64,000 nucleotides of DNA from Setoptus koraiensis (taxonomy: Eukaryota; Animalia; Arthropoda): contig CM106586.1 of NCBI GenBank assembly GCA_048013815.1, positions 62,001 to 126,000 on the forward strand, written 5' to 3'. Below, one piece after another: positions 42,601-54,800 of the stretch (position 1 is its first letter; the number at the start of each line of letters is the position of its first letter). A program made the position numbers and the translations under genes. Below the pieces are notes generated by a model. It searched no databases and was not told where the DNA came from. It worked only from the letters and a program-made list of their open reading frames with translations.

Positions 42601-43510
42601 GCCTCTCTCCTCTGGCTGTCAACTTGTTTTTGCTCACAAACATCGTTGGCTGGCTTGCCCATTCAATGGACGGACGGCGCAATCTTGATCTCAGTGGTCG
42701 CAATCGTTGATTAAGACATATCAGTGGATATATCAGTTTGTGTGATGGGTGTCGACGACAACGATCTATCCGAGCCACATAACAACCATGCTACACGATA
42801 TAGGCAAGTTGCAAGAAGAAGTAAATTCAATTTGTTTATGCTAACTAGATCACGCTCACAATCACTTGTGTGTCAGTGTGATCAGGCATCCAGATCAAAT
42901 GAGCCAGCAAGACAGCGACACCTACACTTGGTGTGCCGCTGCTAGCCGATATAGAGACCGGCATGCAGCGGCTACCACTGATTGCTAATCTCCTGCCATA
43001 TCCTTCAACAAACTCAACTCACTTTATAGGGCATATAGCCGATCTTGCCAACACACACTTGAGAAGGGCTTACTTGTGGCGTTATGTAATATTTGAGTTG
43101 CAGCCGCTCGCTGTTGTTATTGTTTGCTTCTCGTGTGTCAAAAGTGGCCCCAATATAGGGCTCTCTATCTCGCTCACTTTGCCTGTTTAATGTTGGCCAA
43201 CGCTCTAATTTACATGCCTTCTTCTATTTATTTCTTCTCTTGATTGAATTGATGCTCGCACAAACTCGTGCACAAAACACCAAACCAACTCAATAATGAT
43301 GTAACAATATTTGAAAACAAACGGAAACGCAATGGCAAACGGAAACCACCAAACAACCGCAACAATTACAAACAATTACCACAGATGCACGGTTATGAGT
43401 GTGCCCCACCTCTCGTCGATCCCATGTCAGTGGGCTCTGGCGGGCTAAGTCATATGATGCAAGACGATATGCAACATCACGACCAATACAACAATAGCCA
43501 TCATCACAAT

Positions 43511-43541
<31 letters not shown>

Positions 43542-43774
43542 AGCATCAACAACAATTGCAACAACTACAAATGCAACATCAACAACAGCAAGCTGAATCG
43601 ATGCAACAACATTCAGACGCCAATCAATTGCTTTTAGTTGATTTAAATCACCAGCAGCAACAGCAGCAGCACGTTGTTGTTTCTTCGCCACCTAGATCGC
43701 TTGCTTTAAATCAATTAGGCGACACCAAATTGATAACAGCAAGCGGCGAGCAACAATCAATCAAGTCAGAATGA
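22686..43774 (+). CDS. tup: LIM-homeodomain transcription factor, Islet/tailup-type HD and C-terminus with Lhx1/5-like LIM domains; join(22686..22867,23081..24824,25486..25548,38921..39352,43385..43774), 936 aa
   Basis: Five exons with canonical GT/AG and matching phases (2,0,0,0); total 2811 nt, divisible by 3, ending in [56 protein letters not shown]|NKRCKDKK is diagnostic of Islet. C-terminal [11 protein letters not shown]...DIQSYQPPW...YQQLMSQ|MHGY matches the recalled Islet/tailup LIM-binding region. In-frame TAA at 22668-22670 precedes the ATG. Confidence 0.93.
23081..24824 (+). CDS. tup: LIM-HD exon 2: LIM domain 2, long low-complexity linker, and most of the Islet homeodomain
   Basis: Acceptor caacag|T gives [10 protein letters not shown]...[11 protein letters not shown]...FLCKKDY; stop-free for 1.7 kb; ends WFQ|gtgagt at 24825. 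Confidence 0.93.
25486..25548 (+). CDS. tup: LIM-HD exon 3 (63 nt): end of homeodomain [21 protein letters not shown]
   Basis: aatag|AACAAGCGCTGC...GAAAAG|gtgagt; completes helix 3 in the Islet-specific form; missing from the ORF track. Confidence 0.95.
26139..26545. promoter_or_regulatory. Promoter/enhancer-like intronic element ((TC)n GAGA tract plus four CCAAT boxes)
   Basis: (TC)n at about 26139-26168; ATTGG/CCAAT at 26343, 26376, 26388, 26537. Confidence 0.3.
26421..26463. repeat. (TG)~21 microsatellite
   Basis: read directly; a complementary (CA)n tract lies at about 26902-26951. Confidence 0.9.
29005..29112. repeat. 12-bp tandem repeats CAGTCGGTCGG(C/T) (about 6 copies) followed by GCCAGTGAGCCG (about 3 copies)
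   Basis: read directly. Confidence 0.88.
30097..30152. repeat. 15-bp tandem repeat GAACAGTATAGTTAA x3 plus partial
   Basis: read directly. Confidence 0.9.
33547..33614. repeat. 15-bp tandem repeat ATGGCACACAGTCCA-like, 4-5 copies
   Basis: read directly, with small variants. Confidence 0.85.
33816..33890. repeat. 14-bp tandem repeat GTTGTCCGTCGGTT x4 plus variant
   Basis: read directly. Confidence 0.85.
35547..35581. repeat. Inverted repeat, 17-bp arms (ATCATATCATATCATGC / GCATGATATGATATGAT), 1-nt spacer
   Basis: arms are exact reverse complements. Confidence 0.9.
36625..36674. repeat. (AAC)~16 microsatellite
   Basis: read directly. Confidence 0.9.
38921..39352 (+). CDS. tup: LIM-HD exon 4: Islet LIM-binding domain with poly-Q insertion
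   Basis: ttacag|[25 protein letters not shown]...[18 protein letters not shown]...RYQQLMSQ|gttagt; phase 0-0. Confidence 0.9.
39899..39968. repeat. 11- to 15-bp tandem repeat GGCCGCTTCT(N), about 6 copies
   Basis: read directly. Confidence 0.85.
41200..41244. repeat. 15-bp tandem repeat GACTGACCAGCAAAA x3
   Basis: read directly. Confidence 0.9.
42223..42445. repeat. Compound repeat block: (TCTCA)n, 20-bp AGATCCGCACAGATCGGCAT x2+, (TCCGAAGTGA) x3
   Basis: read directly; boundaries approximate. Confidence 0.8.
43385..43774 (+). CDS. tup: LIM-HD exon 5 (terminal), H/Q-rich
   Basis: accacag|ATGCACGGTTATGAG (MHGYE) continues ...QQLMSQ, as in the recalled arthropod tailup QMHGY; stop at 43772-43774; AATAAA at 43947. 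Confidence 0.82.
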
Positions 43775-46700
43775 TATCAATGCACCTATCACTACCTGTA
43801 ACACCAATACACCCGACGTATAACTGTATAACTCTTGAAATGACACAACACACCTGACCTTTGCGTTACGTGTTTGTGCCGAATACCGGTGTGTGAGTGT
43901 GTGTGTGTGTGTATTGCGTGTATGCAACACACAAACAAACATAAATAATAAATAATTAAAATATATTTAATGTTACATCACTTTTATCGCATACAAAAAT
44001 ACAAATAGTCGGTAATAAGTTGCCTAGCATGAGACCTTGTGACTCACAAGTTGTGAGTCAACCAGTCAAATCTAATGCCGGCCTAATGTCGGCTAATTTA
44101 TAGGCTCTATCGGCCAGTATAATTTGCATACTAGCAGATAGTTGCATTTAATTAGTGCAGCGTCGTGATCGCATCACAATAATAATTTTCTTTCGTCGAG
44201 TTTAATTATTATTAATTCGCTACATATAGCCTCAAGTGTAAGTTTGCGCTTATCCGTTCATTGTGTGCATACGGAAGCCATTAGCCATTAGGCAAGCAAT
44301 GACGATTACGACCTCTCTTGTGATAATAATAAGCTGATGATAATAAATGATGATTACGATGCAAAGTCAATACATTGATGAGGTTAGATAATAATCAATT
44401 GAATCAATTCGTACAGGACGGATGAGAAGATGATAATGATGATAACAACAATAATTGAACATTTAGGCTAATTCTTGAGCGTTTATTCCATTTCGATTGC
44501 CGTCAAGGTTTGCGTCGTCGTTAAAGAATTGACGCAAGGAATAAACGACGACGATACTAGACAAAAGTTATTGCCACATCAACGATCAACGATCAACCAT
44601 CAACCATCAAGGATCAAGCATCAAGAATCAACCGTCAGCCGACCGACTGCTCGGCCGATCGCATCGGATCGGATCGGCTATCAATATCAGTGGGCATTTT
44701 GTTTTCTTTTGGGGCCAGCGATCGAGCCACAAATAGAGACAGCTGACGTGATCAAGTCAAATTGATTATAATATCACCGACGTGTTCATCATGAGTGCCC
44801 AGTACCCAGGTATCGTGATGACGGTGTCATTTGGGTTCATTTGGGTATTCAGTAGGAGGTTCGATGGATGGACACACAGAGAGAAATCGATAAAATTCTA
44901 TTTATAGTCTCGGTGTTTCTCTTTTTACGCATCTCATTCTTCTTATCTGATCGATCCCTTGGAATGGTTCGAATGTTGCAAACGTTGCAAGTGTAGAATT
45001 GCAAGCCGCCAATTGCCAATTGCAAATCAAGCAACACAAACCGCCAACTGCCAGTGTGTCGAGTCTCCAATTTGAATTTGCAACTCCAACTCGAACTCGA
45101 ATCTGAATTCGAATTAGAATTGGAAAACGAATGCAGCCCGAATTGAGCAACTGTTGTGGCTTTTAAGTAGCGAGCAGCAGCCAGAGACAAGCAAGAGGCA
45201 GAGAGAGAGAGAGAGAGCAACAGAGAAGCTTCTTTCTGTCCGTTCCTATTCCATCATTGATACAATTTTACTGCTACTCTTTTTTATGTCTATGTCTGTT
45301 TGCAGCGAGCATTGTCTCATGCAACAACAACAACAACGACAACAACGACTGTTCGATTGAAAAATAAAAAGAACGAAGCGCTATTGAGGGCATCCGATTC
45401 GACTGAGACTTCAAAGTGAACTTAACGACCATCACTAGTCAGTTTCTTCTATTCATTTTTTAATGGTGGCGCCAACAATTATTACCATTATTATTATTAT
45501 CATTATATTCCAATGCCTTGATTGTCGACGCACACGACAGCTACTAAAATAGCATCCTAGGCATCAAATCTCAGTATCTATCTGTGCGTTGCAATAATAG
45601 GCACATTATGCAATGATTTAAATAGAAGCATCGCCAGCTATGCTTTGTATCTATAGTTTGATTCAGTTATAGATTGGCTAGATGGATTTAAATCGGATAA
45701 ATAGATAGATTTGGGGTGTTGTCGAGCCATGCCGTCGCTATTCTTTGTGATGCAACATCTTTGTATCTCTCTCAATCTCTATCTCTCACAATGTCAGCTA
45801 TTGATCGAGTGGATAACTGAACTGCTGCTAAGACACACAGTTTATCCACATGCATCTAATCTCACTGATGCGTCTCATGCGCGATAACTTGAATATTAAT
45901 CAGATCAAATCAAATCAGATCAGATCAAATTCAATTAAATTGCTGCTGTCTCATTGTGTGATACTCAATCCTTTCGCAGGGCAACCTTGTTGGCATGGCC
46001 CAAATGGCTGGTCAATATTGCACAAAACAACTTTGCACTTGTCATTAGCTAACTGATATTTGCTAACTGGCTTTATATCCACTGACGCTGGCACAAGCAG
46101 ACAGACAAAACTGACATGCTGAAACGACACACTTTTGATTGCATTCAATCTAGTTGCAACTTGCAAGACACTTTGTGACAACAAAGATGCCAAGATGATA
46201 CTGCTTGTGTCGTTCAATATTGTTCTGTGATTTGTACTTTTGAGAAAGCACCTGAGATCCACATAGCAATTGAAATGGCAACATGGCAACCTCGACAAAC
46301 TTGTTGATGCCGACTCTAATTGGTGGCTGCGATTGGTGGCTGCGATTGGTGACAGCTCTCCCTCAGTCCTGTGTATGTTTGTGCATTATTCACCTGAGTA
46401 CAGTGCAAAATCTCGGTAAGTCGAGAAAAAATGTCTGTCACTTTGATAGTGACTGCTCACGTCATAATGGGCGCCCGATTCACTGTGACTTGTTTGTTGT
46501 TTGTCACAAAATGTGTCTAGTCATAGCTAGTTTATACTGACTAACATGATTATATCACACACACACACACACACGACTTAATTGATCGAACAGGTAGATT
46601 AGATTACAGGTGAATTCGCAACACACAACGACGAGCACGCTGGCAACATTCGACAACGACAATTGAGTGTGTGTGAGCACGTCTTGTTATTTAGTTAGTT

Positions 46701-47240
46701 GTCTGTCAGTCACTTGAGTGTGCCCCATTTACTTGTCGCCATCATCATGGTTATGTAATAATAAGCAACAGCACCTATTTATACCATCAAACCTAGTCAG
46801 TGCGCACAAGCTTTCCCAAGTGGTGCCCGGCTAATGATAGAAGCGCCATTATTAATAGTTGACAGCATCAGTTGCCCGTAGCACTATGTTACATCTCTCA
46901 ATGTTGTGCGTTCAATTTTAAATTAATTGCTCAAACAAATGGTTTGTTGCAAGCTCATATATCATGATTTGTGTGCTCGTCACCACAGTTCTGACGACAG
47001 TTGACTAAATGTGAACACTATGTTAACTTAATCAATTAATCAATCTCAAGTGAAGAGTAGTTGTCATCTGTCCATCCAAGAGTCATTTCAACATCACAGT
47101 CAGTGTCAGCTCTGTGATATTGATTCAGTTCAATAGTCAATAATCAATTTATTATAGTTGCACTTTCATCCATTACACGCCTATTAATCAAACAATTACT
47201 AATATTATTATTATTATTATTTTGCGCATTCGTATCTAAA

Positions 47241-47407
47241 CTAAATTGACAAATCTTGTAACGAGTTTATTGCTACAGTGTCGCCAGATTGCTGATTTTG
47301 CTTTTGTGGTTGCTGCTGCTGTTGTTGTTGCTGACGCTCAAAATAACTCTTGGCGCTAAGCCAACGATCTTTAGGGAATCTGTTCTCGAATAACCAACGT
47401 TTGACAT
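47241..47407 (-). CDS. SCAPER: SCAPER exon 6 (terminal)
   Basis: aaatag|AT then VKRWLFENRFPKDRWLSAKSYFERQQQ...SI*; candidate AATAAA on - at 47148-47153. Confidence 0.83.
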
Positions 47408-50400
47408 CTATTTGTGTGTTATAAAAGAAGAAGAAAAGATAAGAAAAATTGTTATGAGTAACATCACGAGATTATATCAATTAGCAATAGATTACTCATC
47501 TCACAGGTACTTACTTAGACCTTGATTGGTTAGATTCTTGTTGTACAATAAGTGCTGATTGTTGCCTTTCGGTGCATTAACGTTTGTTTGAGCATTCAAT
47601 TGTGAGGCCAATATTTGTTCCTGCAGAAGATACAAAATATTTTTGTGATGAATAATAATAGTAATACTTGTGGGTCATGGTACTTTCGTCAACATGTATC
47701 GTTTCGTGTTATGACAAACTCATTAACACACGACAGAGAGGCAATAAAAACTAGCGCATGATATCCATGCAAAATAAATTACAACAAGTACAAATACAAG
47801 TGTGCTTGTTCCTTATTAGATGATTAATTTTGGTGAAAGCAAAAGAAATAATTTACAATTGAGACCGATTTTTGCAATTTTTCTTCAATCACTATTACGT
47901 TTAACTTATTGGCGTCATTTGCAAGTCGGAATCGACTCTATAATCAGTTAATCGGGTCAGTTGGCACTAATTAAAAGATGCTTCAGCATCGGATTGATTG
48001 CATAGACAATAGATTCTGAGGTGAGCTATATCATCTAGGACGATGAGATTATCATTGAGAAGCCTATATTCATATAGCAGGCCGTATAATAGCAGTAACA
48101 ACTAGAGCAAAAGGAATATTGTGTTATAGGTTTGCGTTTGAATCATTGAGCATGATCGAGTATAAAATTGAATAGAGAAGCTCGGCCAAGTGTGTGCGTT
48201 ACAGTATGATGATTATGATTTCGGTCACGGTGACTAATGACACTGACCAATGCAAATGTGTATTGTCACAATGCAAACACACAGTGTAGTGATCAAAGCA
48301 ATAGCTACACACAAATAGAAACAAACATAAAGACACGAGACACTGACATATATTTGACCATTTCAAGACAAAACAAATGAATGGTATATGAAGCCAATTG
48401 AGCATAATATAATCCAATAATCTAATACGATATGATCAGATATGATATGTATTGAATTTGCATATCAATGGTCAATAATCAGTACTATTTACATGCTTGT
48501 TATGTATCATACAAGCATACATGTAAACAACAGTATAGTAACAACAATAATAGTAATGGTAAAATATACCAATGTCACGCTGTTTATGAATTACGATCAC
48601 AACAACTATTATCATCATACTTCATCTATTACGTCATTGTATTTTTGTCATTGCGTTAGATCATTGATGTGGTCACTATTGTTGTAATATTGTTGACCAG
48701 CAACATTACATAAGCACGTTATAAACAAAGACACACGACTGGCCACACAATGCTAATTATATTGCGCTAGCATCGCCATTGCCAACAACGACAGTAGCAA
48801 CAACAGCAGCATCAACGACAACAGCAACAACAACAACAACAACAACGGGGCGCAATTGGATAGCACAACTGCGACAACAATAGCGACACAACAGCGTTAC
48901 GTCATTCAGGCTAAAATCATTACATAAGCCGCTTCTTGTGTGTGTGTGTGCATTTGCGACAGCGAACAATGAAGCAAAAAATATTATTGTACTGACCACA
49001 AACGCAAGTAAAACTAGCACCCATGCTACTACGACCACATAACACGTTGTGATATAGTAACAACAACGAGCGACTTCCGCTGGCGAAACTGGGCTCTTTT
49101 TCAAATGTCGCGTGCTTGTCAGCAGTACTAATTTGCATACTGGACAGCAAACACGCAAACACGTAAATGCGCCTATTGCAACATGAGAGCAGATGAATAA
49201 TGCCAATACTTACGTCTATGAAGTTGTTGAGAATGGCCAAGCTAAGTTCCTGTTTTACCAATTGACTGTTGTGGTCGTTTTGATAGCAACTATTGATAAA
49301 GGTGGGCATTAGAATGGCTTTTTGTTTGTCACGACTAAAATACTCGAATGGCATAGCGCACAATTGTTCCACGATGGTGGGCCGCTGTCCTGAGGCAATG
49401 GTAAACTGATGATTTGGTAATTTAACGATTAAAATCAAATTGAATTAGTTAGAATTGGATTGAGTTCGAGTGAGCGCAGTTGTGATATTAGGCACAATGT
49501 ATCAAGTTTGCAAGAATTGAATACCTGATTGGTTGCGTTTGCCTGGGTGAAGTTGCCCAAAATGAGAATGATCTCATCCACTAGTTCCTGTTGCAAATCT
49601 TGCATTTGTTTGGCAGATATTTGTTGTTGTCCGGCATATATTTGCATCAACGTATTCACTTGACTATTGTTGTTGGCGGCCAATGCAATGTTGTGCATGT
49701 TAGCCCAGCCACCTAAACTGTTGACCTGAGCACTGTCACTGTCTGCTGTAGATGACAATTGTTGTTGTTGTTGTTGTTGTTGTGGATAATGCAAACAATA
49801 CCACAGTAGATAATTGCAAACATGACGCAATTGCAATGACAGTGCCTCGTCTTGCAGTATTGATTGCATTAATTGTAGATCAATATGGGCCACGTGATTT
49901 ATAAGACGCAAAGACAGGCATATAATAACCAATTTTTCGTAGCTCAACAATCGAGTTTGTTGTTGCTCATTGGTGTGTTGATTTGTTGTTGTTGTTGTTG
50001 TTGTCGTTGTTGTTGTTGTTGCCTGTTCGGATCTGTTATCGGCTATCGAATTGTGATCACTATTGGCGACTATGTCATCATGATAATTGATGGAATCTGC
50101 AGCATTAATGGCAGTAGTTGACAGTTGCTCAGTTGGTGGTGTCGATTTGACATTCAATGAACCAGAATCAACTAGAAGCTCGTAAATGAGAGTCAACACG
50201 CCAGATATTTGTGTCATTTTAAGAGTAGTCAACAATTGTGTGTTATCCGAGTGAACGCATTGCCTGCGCCATTCAAGTTTGTCCTGTTGTCCATCGCCAA
50301 CAATTGTTGTGTCCAATCTATCGATTATATAATCATCAAGGTGAAAGTAACAGTTTCAAGAGCAACAACAAGTAAGTGAGTGAGTGACTGGCTTTTATTA

Positions 50401-51822
50401 TTAGATGAGGGCTATTTAATTCAATTGATGTTACTAGACACACTTGGACAGCACAATGAGCACCATTAAGCGTTATATAGATGAGATAATTAGATTAGCG
50501 CCACTAGCAGGTGTGTGTGTGTGTTAATGCTCGAAAATCCATAAGCCACACAAGTCACAAGCGACAACAGTTTGTAAGTTCGGGGGGCCCCTCGTGAGAG
50601 AGTCATAACTGTTGTAGTTGCGCATACACTTGAGTGCTGCCTAATGAGCACGGTGTGCGCAATATCACAGTTCCGTTAGCGATAAACCGATAACACACAC
50701 ACACTCAAATAAACGCAAGCAACAACTTTGCAAAACATCATCAACCAACCAGACAGACATTAGATGGGCCCATTGATTTGGCCGATGTTTATAATATTGT
50801 TATAATGGCGATGATATTATCGATAATCAGCGTATAATGATAATGATGTCTCTTTTCTCTTTTTCTCATTATTACTAATATTTATTTTATACTTTTGCCT
50901 GTTGTGTGCGCCTCTCTGCACTTGCCTCTCGTTGGCGTCTCGTTGGCGTCTCGTTGGTGTCTCGTCGGTCTCTCGTTGGCTCTTTTCACTTTGGCTATTC
51001 CCTTCAGCAGCGGCCACGGCCAACAGAGGCAGTCAACAGAGGCAGCCAACAACAGTATTACTCTTGTTAGTAGTGAGTGTGTGTGTCACTTTCTATGCTC
51101 GGTAGACACTACTTAGTTTTAGTGCTTGCCGGAGGTTCAAGTAGACACTGGCCCGAGCAACGCAAGCACTGCGCCTCAATGCAAGCAGCGGCAGCTTAGT
51201 GGAGCCTCTAATTTGGTTAGTGGTTGGCGCATTCGGGGCCCACGGCGAGCAACAGAATCGAGAGTGAAATTTATCATCGTTGCGCTGTCACATATAACGA
51301 CAACAGTGGCAAGTTGAAATAAAAGTAGAGCCCAGCACAAACACGAGAAGCTTCATTATCATGTTTCTTGTTGTCGTTGTGATGGCGCGGTTGGTGTTGT
51401 TGTTGTGGCTGTTGTTGGCGCTGTTGTTGGTGCTGTTGTTGGTTGCAGCAGCGGCGGCGGCTGGCCTCATTTGGTTGCTCAGTTGGCATTGAAGCAGTCT
51501 CATAGATAGTCATACTGGCTGGTTGTGCAAGTCGCAAATAAACAAGAGCAAGAGCAAGAGCGGCACAGGCAGAGGCAGAGGGAGAGGGCCAAAGTCATAT
51601 CATGCCGTTCAATGGCCAACACTGAATGGCGACTGGTGAATGGTGAATGATGAGTGGCGAACAGGGGCCAACATTCATTCAAATTTACACCACTACCAAT
51701 GCAAGTTGGGCACCGACTGTGAGCCAACAGCCAGGCCAGAAACAAACAACGAGAACGGATAATGGAAGAGAGAATTGGGGCGAGATTTTACACACAACAG
51801 ACACTGAGCGGCTGCTGGTTGG

Positions 51823-51860
<38 letters not shown>

Positions 51861-54800
51861 ATAGCGATAGATATAACAATGCCGTGCTAGTCCGATAAAG
51901 AAGCCATCAACATCATTGTTTGTGTGTCTGCAAACCATACAAGGCTCATCAGCGCCACTTGAATCATGAGCGTACACAGTCAAAGTGAGCGTCACCAAAC
52001 AACAGTATAGCACCGCAACCAACAACCTACAACCAACAACGACCACGACATTGCAGCAACCGGCACCAACAGCAACCGTTAACAACTTTACATTACGTAA
52101 TGTAACGTTACGTTAGGTTTGATGCATGAGATGGCAAGTTTAGTCAAGCGAATACAACTTGTGCGTATAGCAGAACCAAATAGCAGCAACAAAAAGAATG
52201 GGCCACGAACAAGTGAACAGACAGCCATAGAGAGAGTGACAGATAACGGGCATCGCGGACACGGATAAACATAACAAGTGCACAAACACATATCATGAAT
52301 TATGACACTTGCAAGCTGTGTGGCGTTGGTGTTGTCGGTGCCCTTACTCCGCAACAGCAACAGCAACAGCAACAACGACAACGACAACAACAATCAGGCA
52401 CATTGACTGGGGGACAAGTCAAGCAAAAGTAAGATGCTACGCTCAGGGAGAGTGGCGCCCGATGGGAGACAAGGCCTCCATGGGAGAGGCCTCAACACTG
52501 TTGCTTGATCAAATAAAAGGCCATCATGATGATTGGTTTGCAATCAAAAGGTGCAATCTATTGTTGCATTGGATCTATTAGACTCTCTGCTTCTAATAGC
52601 TCCATTTGAACAATCACAAACATATGCCAATATTGACCTATCTATATACTGACTATAGATAGCGGACAAATGTCACTCACTCATATCGCACACAAACTGA
52701 CCATTACTAAGCAATCAGTTGTGGTCAGTTTATACAATGCAAAAGGCACAGACAAAGGGTTATGGTGGTCATGCGTATTACTTGTTGTGTGACATGACAT
52801 GACGTGACGTGACGCGACGTGACGTGATGCGTATTTAATGATGCCTCTTGTACTGGTGCACACAATTTAATCCACAAATGGTGTAGCGGTGGTCAGTGAG
52901 CAGCATCAGTGGTGGTGAGGTGCAGAAGTGCATAAAGTGCAAGCATTAAGTAGAGGAGAGTGACCTCTCAATTGGGATTTATAAATGAATAAATAAGCAT
53001 CGATGCTACTGCTAACTTCAAACATGACAACAATATCATGCATTAGTATTGACAATTTAAAATAAACAATAACAACAATAACAGTTGATCTAATAACCGT
53101 TTATGTTCAACAAATAAACACACAATAGAATAGATTACAGTTAGATTGTTCATTCGAGATGCGCACACAATTGCCATCACACAATCATTATTATTATTGT
53201 TGTGAAAGATGCTTTTGCTTTGCCAACTACCACTGAATATGATCAATGCAATAGGTCACTTTCACTCAATCAAATAACAGTTCAATCATCGTTCATTCTG
53301 ATTTGGGCCCTGATTTCATAGAAACGAATTAACAAACAAACGCCAGGTGATCTCATTGCCATTCATTCTAAGGGGCGCGTACGCAAACAACTTTTGATAA
53401 ATATACTACCGAATTTACCGTTGTATTGAACAATCGCCACCAGACCACATATATCTAATTTGATCGTTCATGGAGAATGACAATGAGCTACAATAATAAA
53501 GTTTCAACAATAATATATTGCAGCAGACGTGACTTAACTGATAACTATCAATGTCAGGCTACCACTATGAAGCCATAATGATAAAAGAGCAAAACTGGCA
53601 AAGGAGAGGCCAGATTCACATTTGTGCATCGATGCTTCGATCCGAATATGGACAAATCAATGCAAATCAATTATACATGCGATTGAATGAAAACCACGCC
53701 ATCTCAAACTATGACTATTGCAAGAGTGAACTTTTCGACTATTCAATCGCGCGCGCGCGCTTCAGATGTTTGAGCTACAATTCAGATAAATCGAAGAATA
53801 AATAACAGATAGATTATAGGTCGAGATTGGGATGTGTCTGCAAATTGGGACCATTCGCTGAGCCCACAACCAACACAACTCAATCGAGTTGCCTTCAGAC
53901 CCAACCTACACTTAGACGATATGCATGTGTTATATGCTGCTGAAAAATGAAGTTTTTTGTCTCAATTGATAATCTACTTACTTGGCTATGAGGGCCTTGA
54001 CCAAACTCGAGACGAATGTTATGCAAGACGCGGTGAAATTGAGTACCTTATGGAGATTGTTTTCATCACTATGACCACTTTGTATTTGGGACATAATCAC
54101 AGATTCGGTATCCACAATACCTACGCCCACCATGTAACTGAGGTGCATGTAAATAAAGAGAAATATTGTTGTTGTTGTTAGTTGTGCAAGATGGATTGAG
54201 ATAACATGACAGATAGATGTTATATTAAGATAATAAATGCAAATTGATTGATTGAATTGATTGTTCTTTATACAGTGCTGTTGTGGTCAATCACAGCAAT
54301 AGACTATGGGGTAAACGCATGCCAGACCACAGAAACGGCAACATCAATATCTATTCAAATCTCTACACACTCACTCGCGTACGATATGATTTGGTTGCTG
54401 TAGGCGATTTATCTGCGACATGATCTATTAACTGGACAACATAGATCAAATCTGTTCGCTACAAGAGTTATGTGATCGACCACAAGGCAAAGGAATTTCC
54501 TCTTCTTTTTCATTTATCATCCACACACTCACACACACTATTGTCAGTGTCTGGGTAAATTCTTTTCTATCTATGCGCCATCCGTTAGACTGAATTTACC
54601 ATATAGCTCATTTGATTGGGCGAAGAAACAAGAGCTTCTTTATGTTTTTCGCATCATGTTATTTCATATGATGCCGATTCTATTTGGCCATGTCATTTCG
54701 CAACAACAACCAAAAATGACCAAGAACACACACAATTATTGTACTTGTGTGTGTCGTGTGTCAATCATTTTTCTCTCAAATTTTCGCCAATTTTCAAGTT

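Noticed and set aside
44040-44060. 21-bp inverted repeat TGACTCACAA-G-TTGTGAGTCA
   Set aside because: Short arms; plausible by chance in 64 kb of biased sequence
53815-53950. Plus-frame peptide RDWDVSANWDHSLSPQPTQLNRVAF (W..ANW...P pattern) in a SCAPER intron
   Set aside because: Short, stop-bounded, and no exon chain could be built; likely chance
53957-54181. Plus-strand 74-aa ORF
   Set aside because: Antisense to SCAPER exon 2
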